From NCBI GenBank assembly GCA_001179505.1, contig CDMY01000947.1, positions 124,001 to 188,000 on the forward strand: 64,000 bases of DNA. The letters run 5' to 3'. This DNA is from Vitrella brassicaformis CCMP3155 (taxonomy: Eukaryota > Protista > Chromerida). The translations under genes were made by a program, and so were the position numbers. The notes below the pieces were generated by a model, which was given only the letters and a program-made list of their open reading frames with translations, was not told where the DNA came from and ran no database searches. This document shows positions 1 through 11,189 of this stretch, in pieces (within the stretch, counting starts at the first letter, position 1; the number at the start of each line of letters is the position of its first letter).

Positions 1-847
1 AAGAGGGCTGACGGAATGCCGTGTGTCTCTTGTATGGCTGCATGGGTGACGTGCGTGTTGTTTGTCGTGTTGTGTACAGAATGCGGAGTAAGTGATAGGT
101 GCAGTCTTGCACTCGGACAAGCTTCATGCGGACGGGGGAAACGTCTTCGTGTCAGAGGCTCATGGCTGACAGCGTCGGTATGCATTCGATGAATTACCAA
201 TGGTACTGCAACCGATGAATCGCATCATGCTGGATGAGACCGTGGCTTAACTCTGGCCCTCGTCGAGCTTACATGTATGTGTGTGCCTGGGTGCAGCGGG
301 TGGGGCATCCTTGTCTTCTCAGTGCGTGCATCTATCATATGGGAGAGGTCATTGCCTTGTCAAGTCCATCGCGTCAGTCAAGTGAGAGGACACACACAGA
401 TAAATTGGCTGACAGCAATCCGTCCCACTCCAAATCATCTGTCATCTCATGTACAGCTCTCTCGCAGTCAGCCATCCATCCATCCATCCAGCCATCCCCT
501 GTGCATCGTCACCGCGCTCACTGGCCAGATCTAGCCGCCCTTCCGCAACGGACACCACTCATGAGCTCGCCAACTCATCAAGGGCACCTGCCGCGTCCGG
601 CAGCCCAACCAGCCAGCAAAGCACGTGGAAACGCACGGCTGGCATACATCAGAGAGTTTTTCCAATCAATCAGCAAGCACTCGTTGTCGCCCCACTGTCT
701 ACACTCCCCACGTGTGTTCCACTCCTGCCCGATCTATGCCGACGGACGCAGTGGTCGCGCATGTCAGCAAGCAACGACCAGAACCAGAACACACGAAGAG
801 GATGCACCTCAGCAGAGCAAGCGCCATCGGTAGGGTAGCAACAGCTA

Positions 848-1267
848 TCAATACTCGTCGAAAAAATCCCTCAAGCTCTGCAATACAACACACACATCAG
901 AAGCACAGACATACAGACCGGCCACGCCCCCCACGGCACGGCACCCTCTCCACTCCCTCACCTTTCCGAATGCCAGTGCAATGCCGCCCGTGAAGAGCGC
1001 CGCCCCGAGGATCCCAAACACCTGTGTGTCCGACAGCTTCGCCAGCAGCTCCGTGTTCTCCACCAGATCACTCACAGACATGTCCGTCACCGTCTGCGGC
1101 GTCGAGACGACAGGCTGCCGCAGAATGTTGCTGCTGCGTGACCGAGCCGAGGCAAGCGAGCGGCCGGTGCTGCCAGAGCCGTGGTGCGGGTTGATGACGG
1201 GCTGGAAGGCCGTTGCGTGCGCGATGAAGATCAGCGCGATGACGCAGATGGACAGGAGCTTCTGCAT
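848..1267 (-). CDS. psaM: Plastid-targeted small single-TM protein, PsaM-like (photosystem I subunit XII); 2 exons (1267-962, 877-848), 111 aa spliced
   Basis: Signal peptide MQKLLSICVIALIFIAHATA followed by F, then an S/R-rich transit peptide. A GT..AG intron at 961-878 gives the C-terminus LSDTQVFGILGAALFTGGIALAFGKSLRDFFDEY*, resembling PsaM (SD.Q++.AL..A+..G+LA+.LG..L). The family call is from recalled motif similarity only. Confidence 0.62.
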   Translation of the reverse strand: MQKLLSICVIALIFIAHATAFQPVINPHHGSGSTGRSLASARSRSSNILRQPVVSTPQTVTDMSVSDLVENTELLAKLSDTQVFGILGAALFTGGIALAFGKVREWRGCRAVGGVAGLYVCASDVCVVLQSLRDFFDEY

Positions 1268-1436
1268 GGTGGGAGATCTGGGGCAGAGGGTGGCCTGGCA
1301 AGTGCGTTGGCGCTTTCAGCGGCTTTGAGAGAGTGCGGTTTCCGGACTGCGAGCTTGTGTGCAGATCTGATTGGCCGGCGATCCTTCTCAGAGTTTGAGT
1401 TTGACACACAAGTCGGCGACACCCGGAGCAGCCACG
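1268..1436. promoter_or_regulatory. Short bidirectional promoter between the PsaM-like gene and GDI
   Basis: 169 bp between divergent ATGs. Contains TTTGAGAGAGTGCGGTTTCCGGA (1324-1346) and TGCGAGCT (1348-1355), both of which recur in other divergent intervals. Confidence 0.55.
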
Positions 1437-4381
1437 ATGGACGAAACATATGACGTAAGCAGTGCGAGCGGGACGAGAAAATGGACCGAGAGAGATGCAA
1501 AATGGATGGGGCAGAGAGGATGGGATGTCAAGGATAGATGGATCATGCATACGTGTGCTGTCCTCACCTGTTGCAACGTCGGAAATGCCTACATGCGCAT
1601 TTCCGTGTGTGTGTGTCTGTGCGCAGGTGATAGTGTGCGGGACCGGTCTGAAGGAGTGCATTTTGAGCGGCCTCCTCTCTGTCCATGGTCAGCCAACACA
1701 GATAGATCCGCCCCACAGCAAAGTCACACACACCGGCGCCGTTAAGGAATGCACCCGGGAAAGCCATGCCACCTCTCCGGGCGGCCGTGTGTGTGTGCCA
1801 CAGGCAAGAAGGTTTTGCACGTCGACCGCAACCCCTACTATGGCGGCGACTCGGCCTCACTCAACCTCACCAACCTATACGAGAAATTCAGGGCCGGTGC
1901 GCCATATGCGCAGAACACAAGACCATACACAATGGATCACCATACATGTGGGTGCATGCGTGTGTTATGTGTCTGTGCAGGTGAGAAGCCGCCGCCCGAC
2001 TACGGCAGCAACCGTGACTGGAACGTGGATCTGATCCCCAAGTTTGTGATGGCGTGCGGCAAGCTGGTCAAGATCCTCCTCACTACCAAGGTCACAAGAT
2101 ACCTCGAGTGGCAGGTCGTCGAAGGTCAGTGAGTGTTGCAGATACATACATGCGACGTGTGGGTGCATGGTTGTCTTGGCTGTGCTGTGCTGCGTATGTT
2201 CGTGTGTGTGTGTGTGTGTGGTGGTTTCAGGTACATATGTGTACCAGTTCCAGAAGGCCATGCTGGGCGGGCTGCTCGGTGGGCCCAAATTCATCCACAA
2301 GGTGAGAGTTCCATCCCTACACACCACACACACGTGGGTGTACAAAGTCGTCATTGTGCTCGACCGTATACATCAGGTGCCGTCGAACGACATGGAGGCG
2401 CTGCGGTCGCCCCTGATGCCGCTGCTGGAGAAGAACCGGTGCAAGAACTTCTTCCACTTCGTCGCACACTGGGAAGATTCCGACCCCAAGACACACCAAG
2501 GTCGGCACGGACACACAACACAAAACACAGCACAGCGAATGAGCGCCAAGGGGCACGCACATATGGCCGGTGTATGTGTATGTGTATGTGTGTGTTTCTT
2601 GCTGCGTGTGTTGTGTTGCAGGATTTGACCGCAACCGCACGACGATGCAGCAAGTGTACGACCACTTCGGCCTGCAGCCCAACACCATCGACTTTGTCGG
2701 ACACGCACTCGCACTCTACCGAACCGACGAGTGAGTGAGGCGGACAGCCAAACCACACACACACACACACAGAAAGACACATCTGCACACGTAAATGTGT
2801 GTGTATGCCTCTCTCTGTGGACTCTGTCTGCAGGTATGAGCAGAAGCCGATGGGTGAGTGCCTGGACAAGATCAAGCTGTACATGTACTCCATCAGCAGA
2901 TACGGACAGTCGCCCTTCATCTACCCCGTCTACGGACTCGGCGGACTACCTGAGGGATTCTCCAGGTACACTCACACTCACACGCACAGGCACACATGCA
3001 CACACATCTTTGCCCGATACACCACTCATGTGCCGTGGTGTGTGTGTGTTGTGTCAGGTTGTCAGCTATCCACGGTGGCACCTACATGTTGAACAAGCCG
3101 ATCGCGGGCTTCGAATACGACGCCGACGGCAAAGTGTGCGGCGTCAAGTCAACCGAGGGAGAGGTCAGCCAGAAAAGGAAGGAAGCAGACAGCACTGCAC
3201 ACTGCGTGTGTCCATCCATTCATCCATCCATCCATCCGTCCATCCATCCATCTGTCAGGTGGCCAAGTGCTCGATGGTGGTGTGCGATCCCTCATACGCT
3301 GTCGGCACCAAGAAGGTACACACACGCGTAGCATCCAGGCAGCATCTTGCTGGAATTGTGTGGCGCACATGTCATGTCATGTCAGGTGAGGGCAGTGGGC
3401 AAGGTGGTCCGCGCCATCTGCATCCTCAGCGCCCCCGTACCTGACACCAACAATGCCGGTACGGACGTCAATGCATTGGACGATCCTACAACGAGGCTTG
3501 CCACATTCACCTGTCTGTGTGCGTGGTGTGTATCTGTGTGCAGGTTCGTGCCAGATCATCATCCCCCAGAAGCAAGTGGAGCGACACCACGGTTAGCACA
3601 CCACGGAACCATCATGCACACATTCCTCCACACACAAGATACTAGGCGCATCCCTTGTGTGTGGTGTCTGGTGTGCTGTGTCCTCTGTGCGCATGTGCAG
3701 ACATCTACGTGATGGTCATGTCGTCGATCCACTGCGTGTGCAAGAAGGGCAAGTACATCGCCATCGTGTCCACCACCGTCGAGACCAACAACCCACAAGC
3801 CGGTATGAGAGCCGAGCCACCCACACAGCCACATCCGCACCACCTCAACTCACACACGGTCGTCCCCTCCTTGTTATGCCCGACCATCCATCCAACCATC
3901 CAACCATCCATCCATCCACCAACCAGAGATTCAGTGTGCGTTGGAGTTGCTGGGGCCGATCGAGGAGAAGTTCATCAGCGTGTCAGACGTGTACGAGCCC
4001 ACCGACGATGGCAAGACCGACCAGGTGGGGGGGCAGATGGAGGCTGGGAGAGTGGCAGCGGGCTAACCTCTTGTCGGTCGTGTGTCAGGTGTTTGTGTCG
4101 TCCTCCTACGACGCCACGTCGCACTTCGAGTCGGCATCTGATGACGTCCTGCGAATGTAAGCAGGCAGGCACCAAAGGCGGGCGCGCGTATACTCTCACC
4201 GTTGTATGTGTGTGTGTGACTGCAGCTGGAAGAACATCATGGGCAACGACCTCGACCTCTCCATCAGAGCGGTACACACACACACACACACATGGAGAGG
4301 CAGACAAACAGACAGACACATGGCGTCTGTCTGCCTGTCTGTTTGGCCTGGCAGGACCCTGAGGACCTGTCCGAGATGTAA
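1437..4381 (+). CDS. GDI1: Rab GDP dissociation inhibitor (GDI), multi-exon
   Basis: Spliced exons give [105 protein letters not shown], ending DPEDLSEM*. All are classic Rab-GDI motifs. Confidence 0.97.
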
Positions 4382-5273
4382 AGCCCCACTTACACTAGCT
4401 CTACTCACTCACGCCACACCCAATCAGTGCAGTGCATAGACAGACCAGATGAGATGGATGGATAGATACATCAAGTCTTGTAGAACGGATCAAGGAACGA
4501 AGCGAATTCCTTCCTGTCTGTTGACGGCCGAGTGCAGTTCTCCTCAGGGTGGTCGAGGGGTTTCCTGGCACCAATGGGAGGCCCCCCAGCCGCTAGGAAG
4601 GGAATCAGACTAAGCCGCCAGACAGACAGATGGACGCTGGTCGGTCGGAAGGAAGCAGAGTGCATGTCTCCGTCTCTGTCAGTCTCTGTGAAGCCATCCA
4701 TCTCCCGTTTTTGCCAGCCTGCCTTGTGTGTGTGTGTGGTGGTGCTGACAGATAGACAGAGCCAATCGACCCAACTGGCTTGTGTAGATACATACAGAAC
4801 CCAACACAGATGGATGCGCTCCCCACCCTCCCCGCCTCTCTGCTTTATTGTGGTGTGTTCCATGCCGTGTCTGCGTCGTGGCCGTGGGTGAATGTAGTCG
4901 GTAATTCGTGAACTGCCTCACGAACGAAAAGATGGACCTCCTCCTCCTTCATCAATATTTAAGTCATGGGTCGGCTCAGCCAGCGACCAGAGCGATTGAC
5001 AACAACGTTCCTCTCTCATCACATGCACGGCACACGCCCCCTCTTCTCTCACGCAAGTCGTTACACACGCAAGTACTTGTGTAATCATCTGCCATCAATC
5101 AATCAGTCGATGAATCGATCAATGACATCAGTGAGTGCACAAGCAAATCCGCTCAGTACAGTGAGTGCTCCATGGAATAATGCATCCATCTATCCAAAGT
5201 CACACATCAACGAAGACACAAATACACACACACACACACACACTGCAAAACCACTCAACACGCAAGCCAGCCG

Positions 5274-7377
5274 TCACTCTCCCAGTCCAGCAGCAGCTTC
5301 CGCCGCCGCCGCCTGCTTCTGCACAGCGCCACTGGTGGTCTTGGTCTCGTTCAGCGTCCTGATGGCGACCTGTTCCACTCGATACGGGTCGATGTGCCCG
5401 GGGTACTCCAGCCGCTGCGCCAGCTCGTTGCGAGCAATAACGGCCGCCTTTAGCGCTGCGACTAGCCCCTCAAACGTGCTGGCAGGAGGGGTATACGACC
5501 CGCCATAATGCGATTTGCCGCGGGCCTGTCAGGTCAGGACACACACACCGGTGGAAACAGAGACGGGATGGATGTGTGGCAGCTTTGCTACAGAGGTACC
5601 TGTAGAGTGACGCAGAAAGCGGTGGTGGTGGTGTGGAGCGTGACGCCAGTGCCGCCCTTGCTGCCGCACTCCTGGTCCATCAGGTGCGACCGCAGCCGAT
5701 TGAGCAGCACCACGGCCGTCTGACGCAGATCGGCACCGCTCAACACCCTGAAGGCCGCGGGGAAACGAGCTGATTGATGCAGAGACACAGAGACAGCGGT
5801 ACACATGCGCCTGTATAGAAGAGCATTTTACGTGTGTGTGGGTCTGCTTTACTTTGTAGGTCGATCAGGTTCCTCTGGCAAAAGGCGACCGATGCCGCCT
5901 CTTCTGGTGGTGGGGCGGGAGAGAGGCCGCCAGACAGCTCTTCTGCTCGGACAAGACACACACACACACACACACACGATGTGCAGATGACCGTCCGACC
6001 ACACACGTGTGGTGCGCTGCTCACCCTGCTTCTGCTGCTGTTGCGCCAGAGCGACAGCCCGCTGCTCGTCTCTGTAGGAGATGGCCCTCTGCAGCGCCTG
6101 CAGGAGGTGGGCGCGTGTCTTCTTCTGAGGCCTGAACTCCTTGAAGACTGGCTTGTCCTGCTGCCGTAGCGACACCTTGAAGACCTGGGCCTTCCTCTCC
6201 CAACTGATGTTGAGACCGCGGCCACTGGTGCTGCCTCTGCCGCTGGTGCTGCTATTGCGTGCGTCGTTGAGCAGCGAGCGGGCGCATTGGAGCAGCTCCT
6301 CGTCGGTCAGCTCTTCATGCTCGCCTGAAACACAGACAGCGGTCGGTAAGAGAGGTTGATTGCGAAAACGGGTGTCTGTTTGAGGGGTAGATCACATCAC
6401 CTTTGGACAGGGGTGTGTGTGCCTCGGGTACGGTGCCCTCAGCTGACGACGCGCCACTCGTGTCTGCAAAAAAGAACAACATAACATCATCACGCCGACT
6501 GACTCGCCGATCGCATCACCATCACCTTCTTCTGTTCTTCCTCTCCTCACTCACCTTGCCGCCTCCTTTTGCGCCTCCCTTCCCTCTCCCCACTCGTATC
6601 CGCCTGTCGACGCAGCCCAGCCTCCTCAGCCCACCCATCACGGCCACCCATCGCCCGCTGCAGAGCTTTCTCAACCGCACACGCCGTCGGCCTCGACACC
6701 GGATAGAAACCGCCATACAGTGCCGGCCCCTCAGCAGCAGCGTTGCCATGGGTCAGACAGATCACCATGAAGCCGCCACAGCCATTAGACAGGCGAGAGG
6801 TGTCTGGGTCGGCAGGCGCTCGCCACGCGATGTGCTGCGCGCGGGGCCCGCGTGTGCTGAGCTGGCGGATGGCGACGTCGGTGAGTTGGGCGGCGGGAAG
6901 GGGTATGTTGGTCGCACACGACTGACACAGCCACTGGCACCCGCCGTCTTCTGAGGGACGAACAAGGCCCTGAATGAAGTGACCATCAATCACAACCAAC
7001 ACACGCAGACAACCCAGCCACTGGTCTGTGTCTGTGCGGTTGCCCCTCTCAACCAGTGCTGTGCTTACGTCGACGGCGCCCTCCTGGCAGGCCTGCAAGC
7101 ACACTGAGCACGTGAGGGCCGTGGTCAGTATCGGCGGGCCGTGCAGCGAATCGGCCGTGTGTGTGTGGAAAATCAGAGGCGGCGGCGAGGGCAGGTGCGT
7201 GGGTGACGATAGATGCGACAGATGGGTGGGAGAGGGAGTGGGGAAGGGCAGTGTTGGCCTCTGAGAAGGCGCCTCATCTGCAACACCTGTGACCTGATCT
7301 GCGGCTGGCGGTGGAACGCCTTCTGCGCCCCTGTCGGCCGCGGCCGTTCCAGAAGTGTAGAGGCTGTCATTCTCCAT
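5274..7377 (-). CDS. Putative transcription factor with up to three divergent AP2-like (ApiAP2-type) domains
   Basis: Three units with a beta-strand/aromatic pattern and a closing AL.RA...R helix: HIAW..GGFMVICL..GGFYPV..AVEKALQRAMGGRD; GLNISWERKAQVFKVSLRQQDKPVFKEF..LLQALQRAISYRDEQ; GVTLH..AFCVTLQ|ARGKSHYGGSY..ALKAAVIARNEL. The splice 5600/5525 is in phase and the stop is at 5276-5274. The start codon is less certain. Confidence 0.6.
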
Positions 7378-7470
7378 CTGCCCCTCCCTTTGAGAGAGAG
7401 AGCGGTTTCACGGAACTGTTGACGTTTGTTTCACGGAATATCAATGGCGAGCATTCATCATTTAGAGGAC
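7378..7470. promoter_or_regulatory. Very short bidirectional promoter between the AP2-like gene and BTB-TLDc paralog 1
   Basis: 93 bp between candidate ATGs. Contains TTTGAGAGAGAGAGCGGTTTCACGGA (7389-7414) and a second TTTCACGGAA. Confidence 0.45.
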
Positions 7471-9885
7471 ATGGCTGCATCAGCGGCTGCTGCTGCAGCA
7501 GCAGCTGGCGAGAAACGCAAGTATCCTGATCATGGTGTTGCTGGTGAGAGCGCCTCCCTCGGTGCGCTGCATCAGTCCATCCAGTACAGCCGCAGCGTCA
7601 CCGATGCTCTCCAGGCGATGCTGGATGAGCTCGAGGAGCGTGAAAGAGCCATGGGCGGGTCTGCAGTGCCAAACAAGCCAAAGGTAACTTGGAAGCGCAC
7701 GAGAAGCAAAAAGGCGCCGGCGGCCCATGCATTCGTCGCGCGCGTGTTTGTGGGATCTGACCTGACGTGTGCTGCAGGATGAGTTGATGAAGGAGGTGTT
7801 GGAGTTGAATGTCAGCGGCGAGCACGTGCGGGTCCAGCGGTCGACTCTGTGTGCGGTCGTGGACTCTGTGCTGGCCACCCTCTTCTGTGGCAAGTTCGAC
7901 GCCGCCTTCATCCGTGACGATAGCAATCGCATCTTCTTGAACATCTTTCCTCCTGCATTTCAGTGGTCAGGAAGGCACGGAAGACGGATTCATTCATCAT
8001 AGCATCCCGCCTACAAGTGTGTGTGTGTGTGTGTGTGTGTGCGTGTGGTTGTTGGTGCGAGAGAGCAGGTGTGTGATGCACTTGATTATGTATGAGGACG
8101 AGCGGATCAGCAACATGTCCATCCCGCCGTCCAAGCAACACGACACGCCGTTCACGTGAGCACAAGGGCAAACACACACACACGATGGCCAAAGCAGATG
8201 AGGTGTCTGTGTCTGTTGTGTGTCGTCAGGTATTGGGTTGAGTTGCTGCTGTGGGATCCGGCCTACAAGCGCCGACCGCGCGGCGACCCCGTCCTCCCCG
8301 CTGCCGACCCAGCCACCGACCAGCAGGAGGACAGCGAGCAGCCTACGCCGGCACCGCTAAGGCTGAATGCCGAGCTGCACACACTCATGAAGAAGGCGGT
8401 GCAGGAGAAGGCCGCACATGAGCAGCGGCTCGACGCCATCAAACCACTGCTCAAGGCGGACAGTGTGGAGGACGATACGGTGAGGCGAACACGAAACAGC
8501 AGAGGGAAGACTGTCAGTCCAGTCAGAGGGGAAGGGGATGCAGTAAGTGAAGTGCATCTGGTGGTTGTGTTTGCCCTCTTCAGTTGGTGTCCGCGAGTGT
8601 GTCGGGATCCACGGTGACGGTGACGACAGGCGTAGCGAAGTCGCTGGGCGACGACTCCACTTTCGCCAACAGATTCCTCAAGTTCGCCTGCACACAGCTG
8701 GACACATGACGTGCCGTGCACCCAGTCCACAAGTGAGTTGTCTGGTATCTCCTGTTGTCTCAGGTATGGCCCTACCGTTCGTGCGCCCATCGAGCATGTC
8801 CGGCGCATTGTCGACGTCGTCGCCCGTGCCCACATGAAGAAGGGGGCGGCCATCACAGCGGCTGACGTTCAGGGGGCGATGGGGGAGCTAGACATAGAGG
8901 GATACCGACACGCACTCACCATGTAAGAGCGGCGAGAACACACAGAGCTGTTCACCACACAGTGCCCCGACGGCTGCTCTCTGTCTGTGTGTTGGTTTGT
9001 GTCAGGTACGGTTTGGATAGCGATCGCTATTTGGGGCCCGCGGACGGGCTGCTGACCACCGACCACCTGCACAAGATGCGCCAGTGGTGTGAGGGTCGGC
9101 GAAACGTCCCGGCACACATTCCGTCGTGTGTGGGCGAGCCGGTCATCCGCATATACAAGTGAGAAGGGCAGCTAGACAGCCGTGAGCATGACGGCACTCT
9201 CTTACCATCCCTCTGTGTCTTGATGTGTGTGTGTGTGTCATGGCAGGGCGACTAAGGATGGTTGGAAGTGGCTGGATTTCTTCGATGCCGTCAAGGGCCA
9301 CTCCCCCCTGCTGCTCATCTCCAAGGTGGCCGACAGCAATGAGCTCTTCGCCCTCATCATCGAGGGGCCCATCGAGGTCACCGAGACGGCCATGAGCCAC
9401 CTCGACACGAGATCACACTCCTTCAAGCTGCGTGGGACAGACAGCCACCCACACGTGGGCCACATCGGCTGGGGCAGCAAGATGTTAATGGCGGGCACAC
9501 AGGTAGGTACTCATTTCAATGAGCCAGGCAGTCATGGTAATGGTCTCCTGTTCATCCATGTGTGCAGGAGAGAGTCACCAACCTCATCGATTTCTCTTCA
9601 CCCGCCTCCAATATGACGGCCGTCCTCGCCGCATCATGCCTCGACTTTGCTGTCCGTCCGGCCGCCCAAGCGATCGGCGCAGCAGCAGCGGCCAGCGACG
9701 AGACGATGAGGCGCTGCCAGGGAGTCATGATTGAGGAGGGGCAGACGGACGAGTGGCAGCAGTGGCAGCGGCCGAGCGCCAGGCCGAGCGACTATGGCGG
9801 TGTCGATGGCCGAGCGTCCCTGCCTGTCTCAGTGAAGGGATGGCACTTCGAGATCGGTGAGCTGGAGGCGTATCAGCTGGCGTGA
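7471..9885 (+). CDS. KCTD-type BTB/POZ + second BTB-like + TLDc-like domain protein, paralog 1
   Basis: EVLELNVSGEHVRVQRSTLCAVVDSVLATLFCGKFD..RIFL (KCTD/T1 BTB). RIYK|ATKDGWKWLDFFDAVKGHSPLLLISK and terminal FEIGELEAYQLA* resemble TLDc (LLYRASRDG..F..; F.I.ELEV). Exon structure matches paralogs 2 and 3. Confidence 0.82.
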
Positions 9886-11189
9886 GTGAGGGAGGGAGGG
9901 AGGGAGGGAGTGCTGTAGACGGGTTCGTGATTCATGTGTTTGATCGAGACGAACAATATCATGAGTGTGCCTCATATCTAACTGTACAGATGACTCTGTC
10001 GGTCTGTCTCTCACTCTTCCCTCTTCCCTCTTTGTGTGTGGCTGATCCGGTTGCAGCAGTGGCTGGTTTTAAGTGATTGATACAAATACACGCACACAAT
10101 CACGGGCACAGCAGCAGCACCGATCAGCTGGCCAGGCAGGGGGTCCACCGCATCCATCCATCCGTCCACACATCACACAGATTGCTCCAGACAGCACAAG
10201 ATCCACGGCAACAAGGGGGACAGGCAGAGAGTGAGGCGGTGTGGGCAGCTGCAGTCAGGGCCGGGCAGGGATGGGCAGGGAGAGGCAGGGCGGGCACAGT
10301 CAGGCATCTGTCTGTTCTGTCCAAGATTGAGTGTACATGCGCGCCGCACCGCATCGCCCCACCAGTCAGTGTTTGGGACAAAACAGGCAGGCAAGGCATC
10401 CAATCCAATCCATGCGCGAGTCAGTCGATTCAAAAGCACCTAGCGACACCTGACCTGCGTTTGGAGAGATGGTGAGTGCAAACACAATCACACAGGAATG
10501 AATGGACGCTGGAAACACAACGGGCTGGGCTTCGGTGACGGTGAGAGCGGGCCGCGCCTGCTTTCAAAAACATGGCGGCAAAGCCAGCGAACAGACGAGA
10601 GCGTGGTGTGATGACAGCGCAAAAGAGGATGGCGGTCTTGTGAAGGTGTTTCGGCAAAAGCGAGCACACACACACTCTCTCTCTCTCTCTCTGTCGGTGG
10701 CCAGGGTATGACTGACCGCGACACTACAGCCCTCCCTCCCCCCATGTCTGTCTGTCTGGTTGGTCGGAAGCGATGCTCCCTGCTACCTCCCATATCTACA
10801 CCATCACTCACTCACTCACTGATGGCTCCCAAACACCACACACACAGGGCGAAAAGCAGATAGACAGACTGAGAGACGGGCATGCAAGCATCAGGTGAGA
10901 GAGCGAAAGGGAGAGCAGGCCAGACACACACTCTCAAACACACACACAGAGCGAGAGAGAGAGAGAGAAATAGACAAGACATATAGAGCTGCAGGCAGAC
11001 AAGAGCGAGTGGTCGGACCGCTCTCTCCCCTCTCCTTCCCCTTGCCATGCCGTGTGTTGCCGACCGCCCGATGCCCCAAAATGGTCGACGACAAGAAGCG
11101 CCTAGCGCTGGTTAAATACGCCCACCCAGCCACCCAGCCGCCCACCCATTCCCCTACCCCTATGATGGCAGCCGACAGGGCAGCGGTCA

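Noticed and set aside
1-840. ORFs of 85-199 aa at the window start (for example 234-833)
   Set aside because: The translations run through (CATC)n and (CA)n repeats, with no motif or consistent splice pattern. They are probably UTR/intergenic; a terminal exon near 80-190 cannot be excluded.
9500-9616. Stop-free last intron giving a similar alternative C-terminus (RRE.P.SSISL.P..M*) in all three BTB-TLDc copies
   Set aside because: The 65-nt intron is simply conserved along with the converted 3' region. Retention would truncate the TLDc-like domain, and there is no transcript evidence.
9890-11180. Several short ORFs between BTB paralog 1 and HVA22
   Set aside because: Microsatellite-derived low-complexity translations in a tail-to-tail interval; no supportable gene model.
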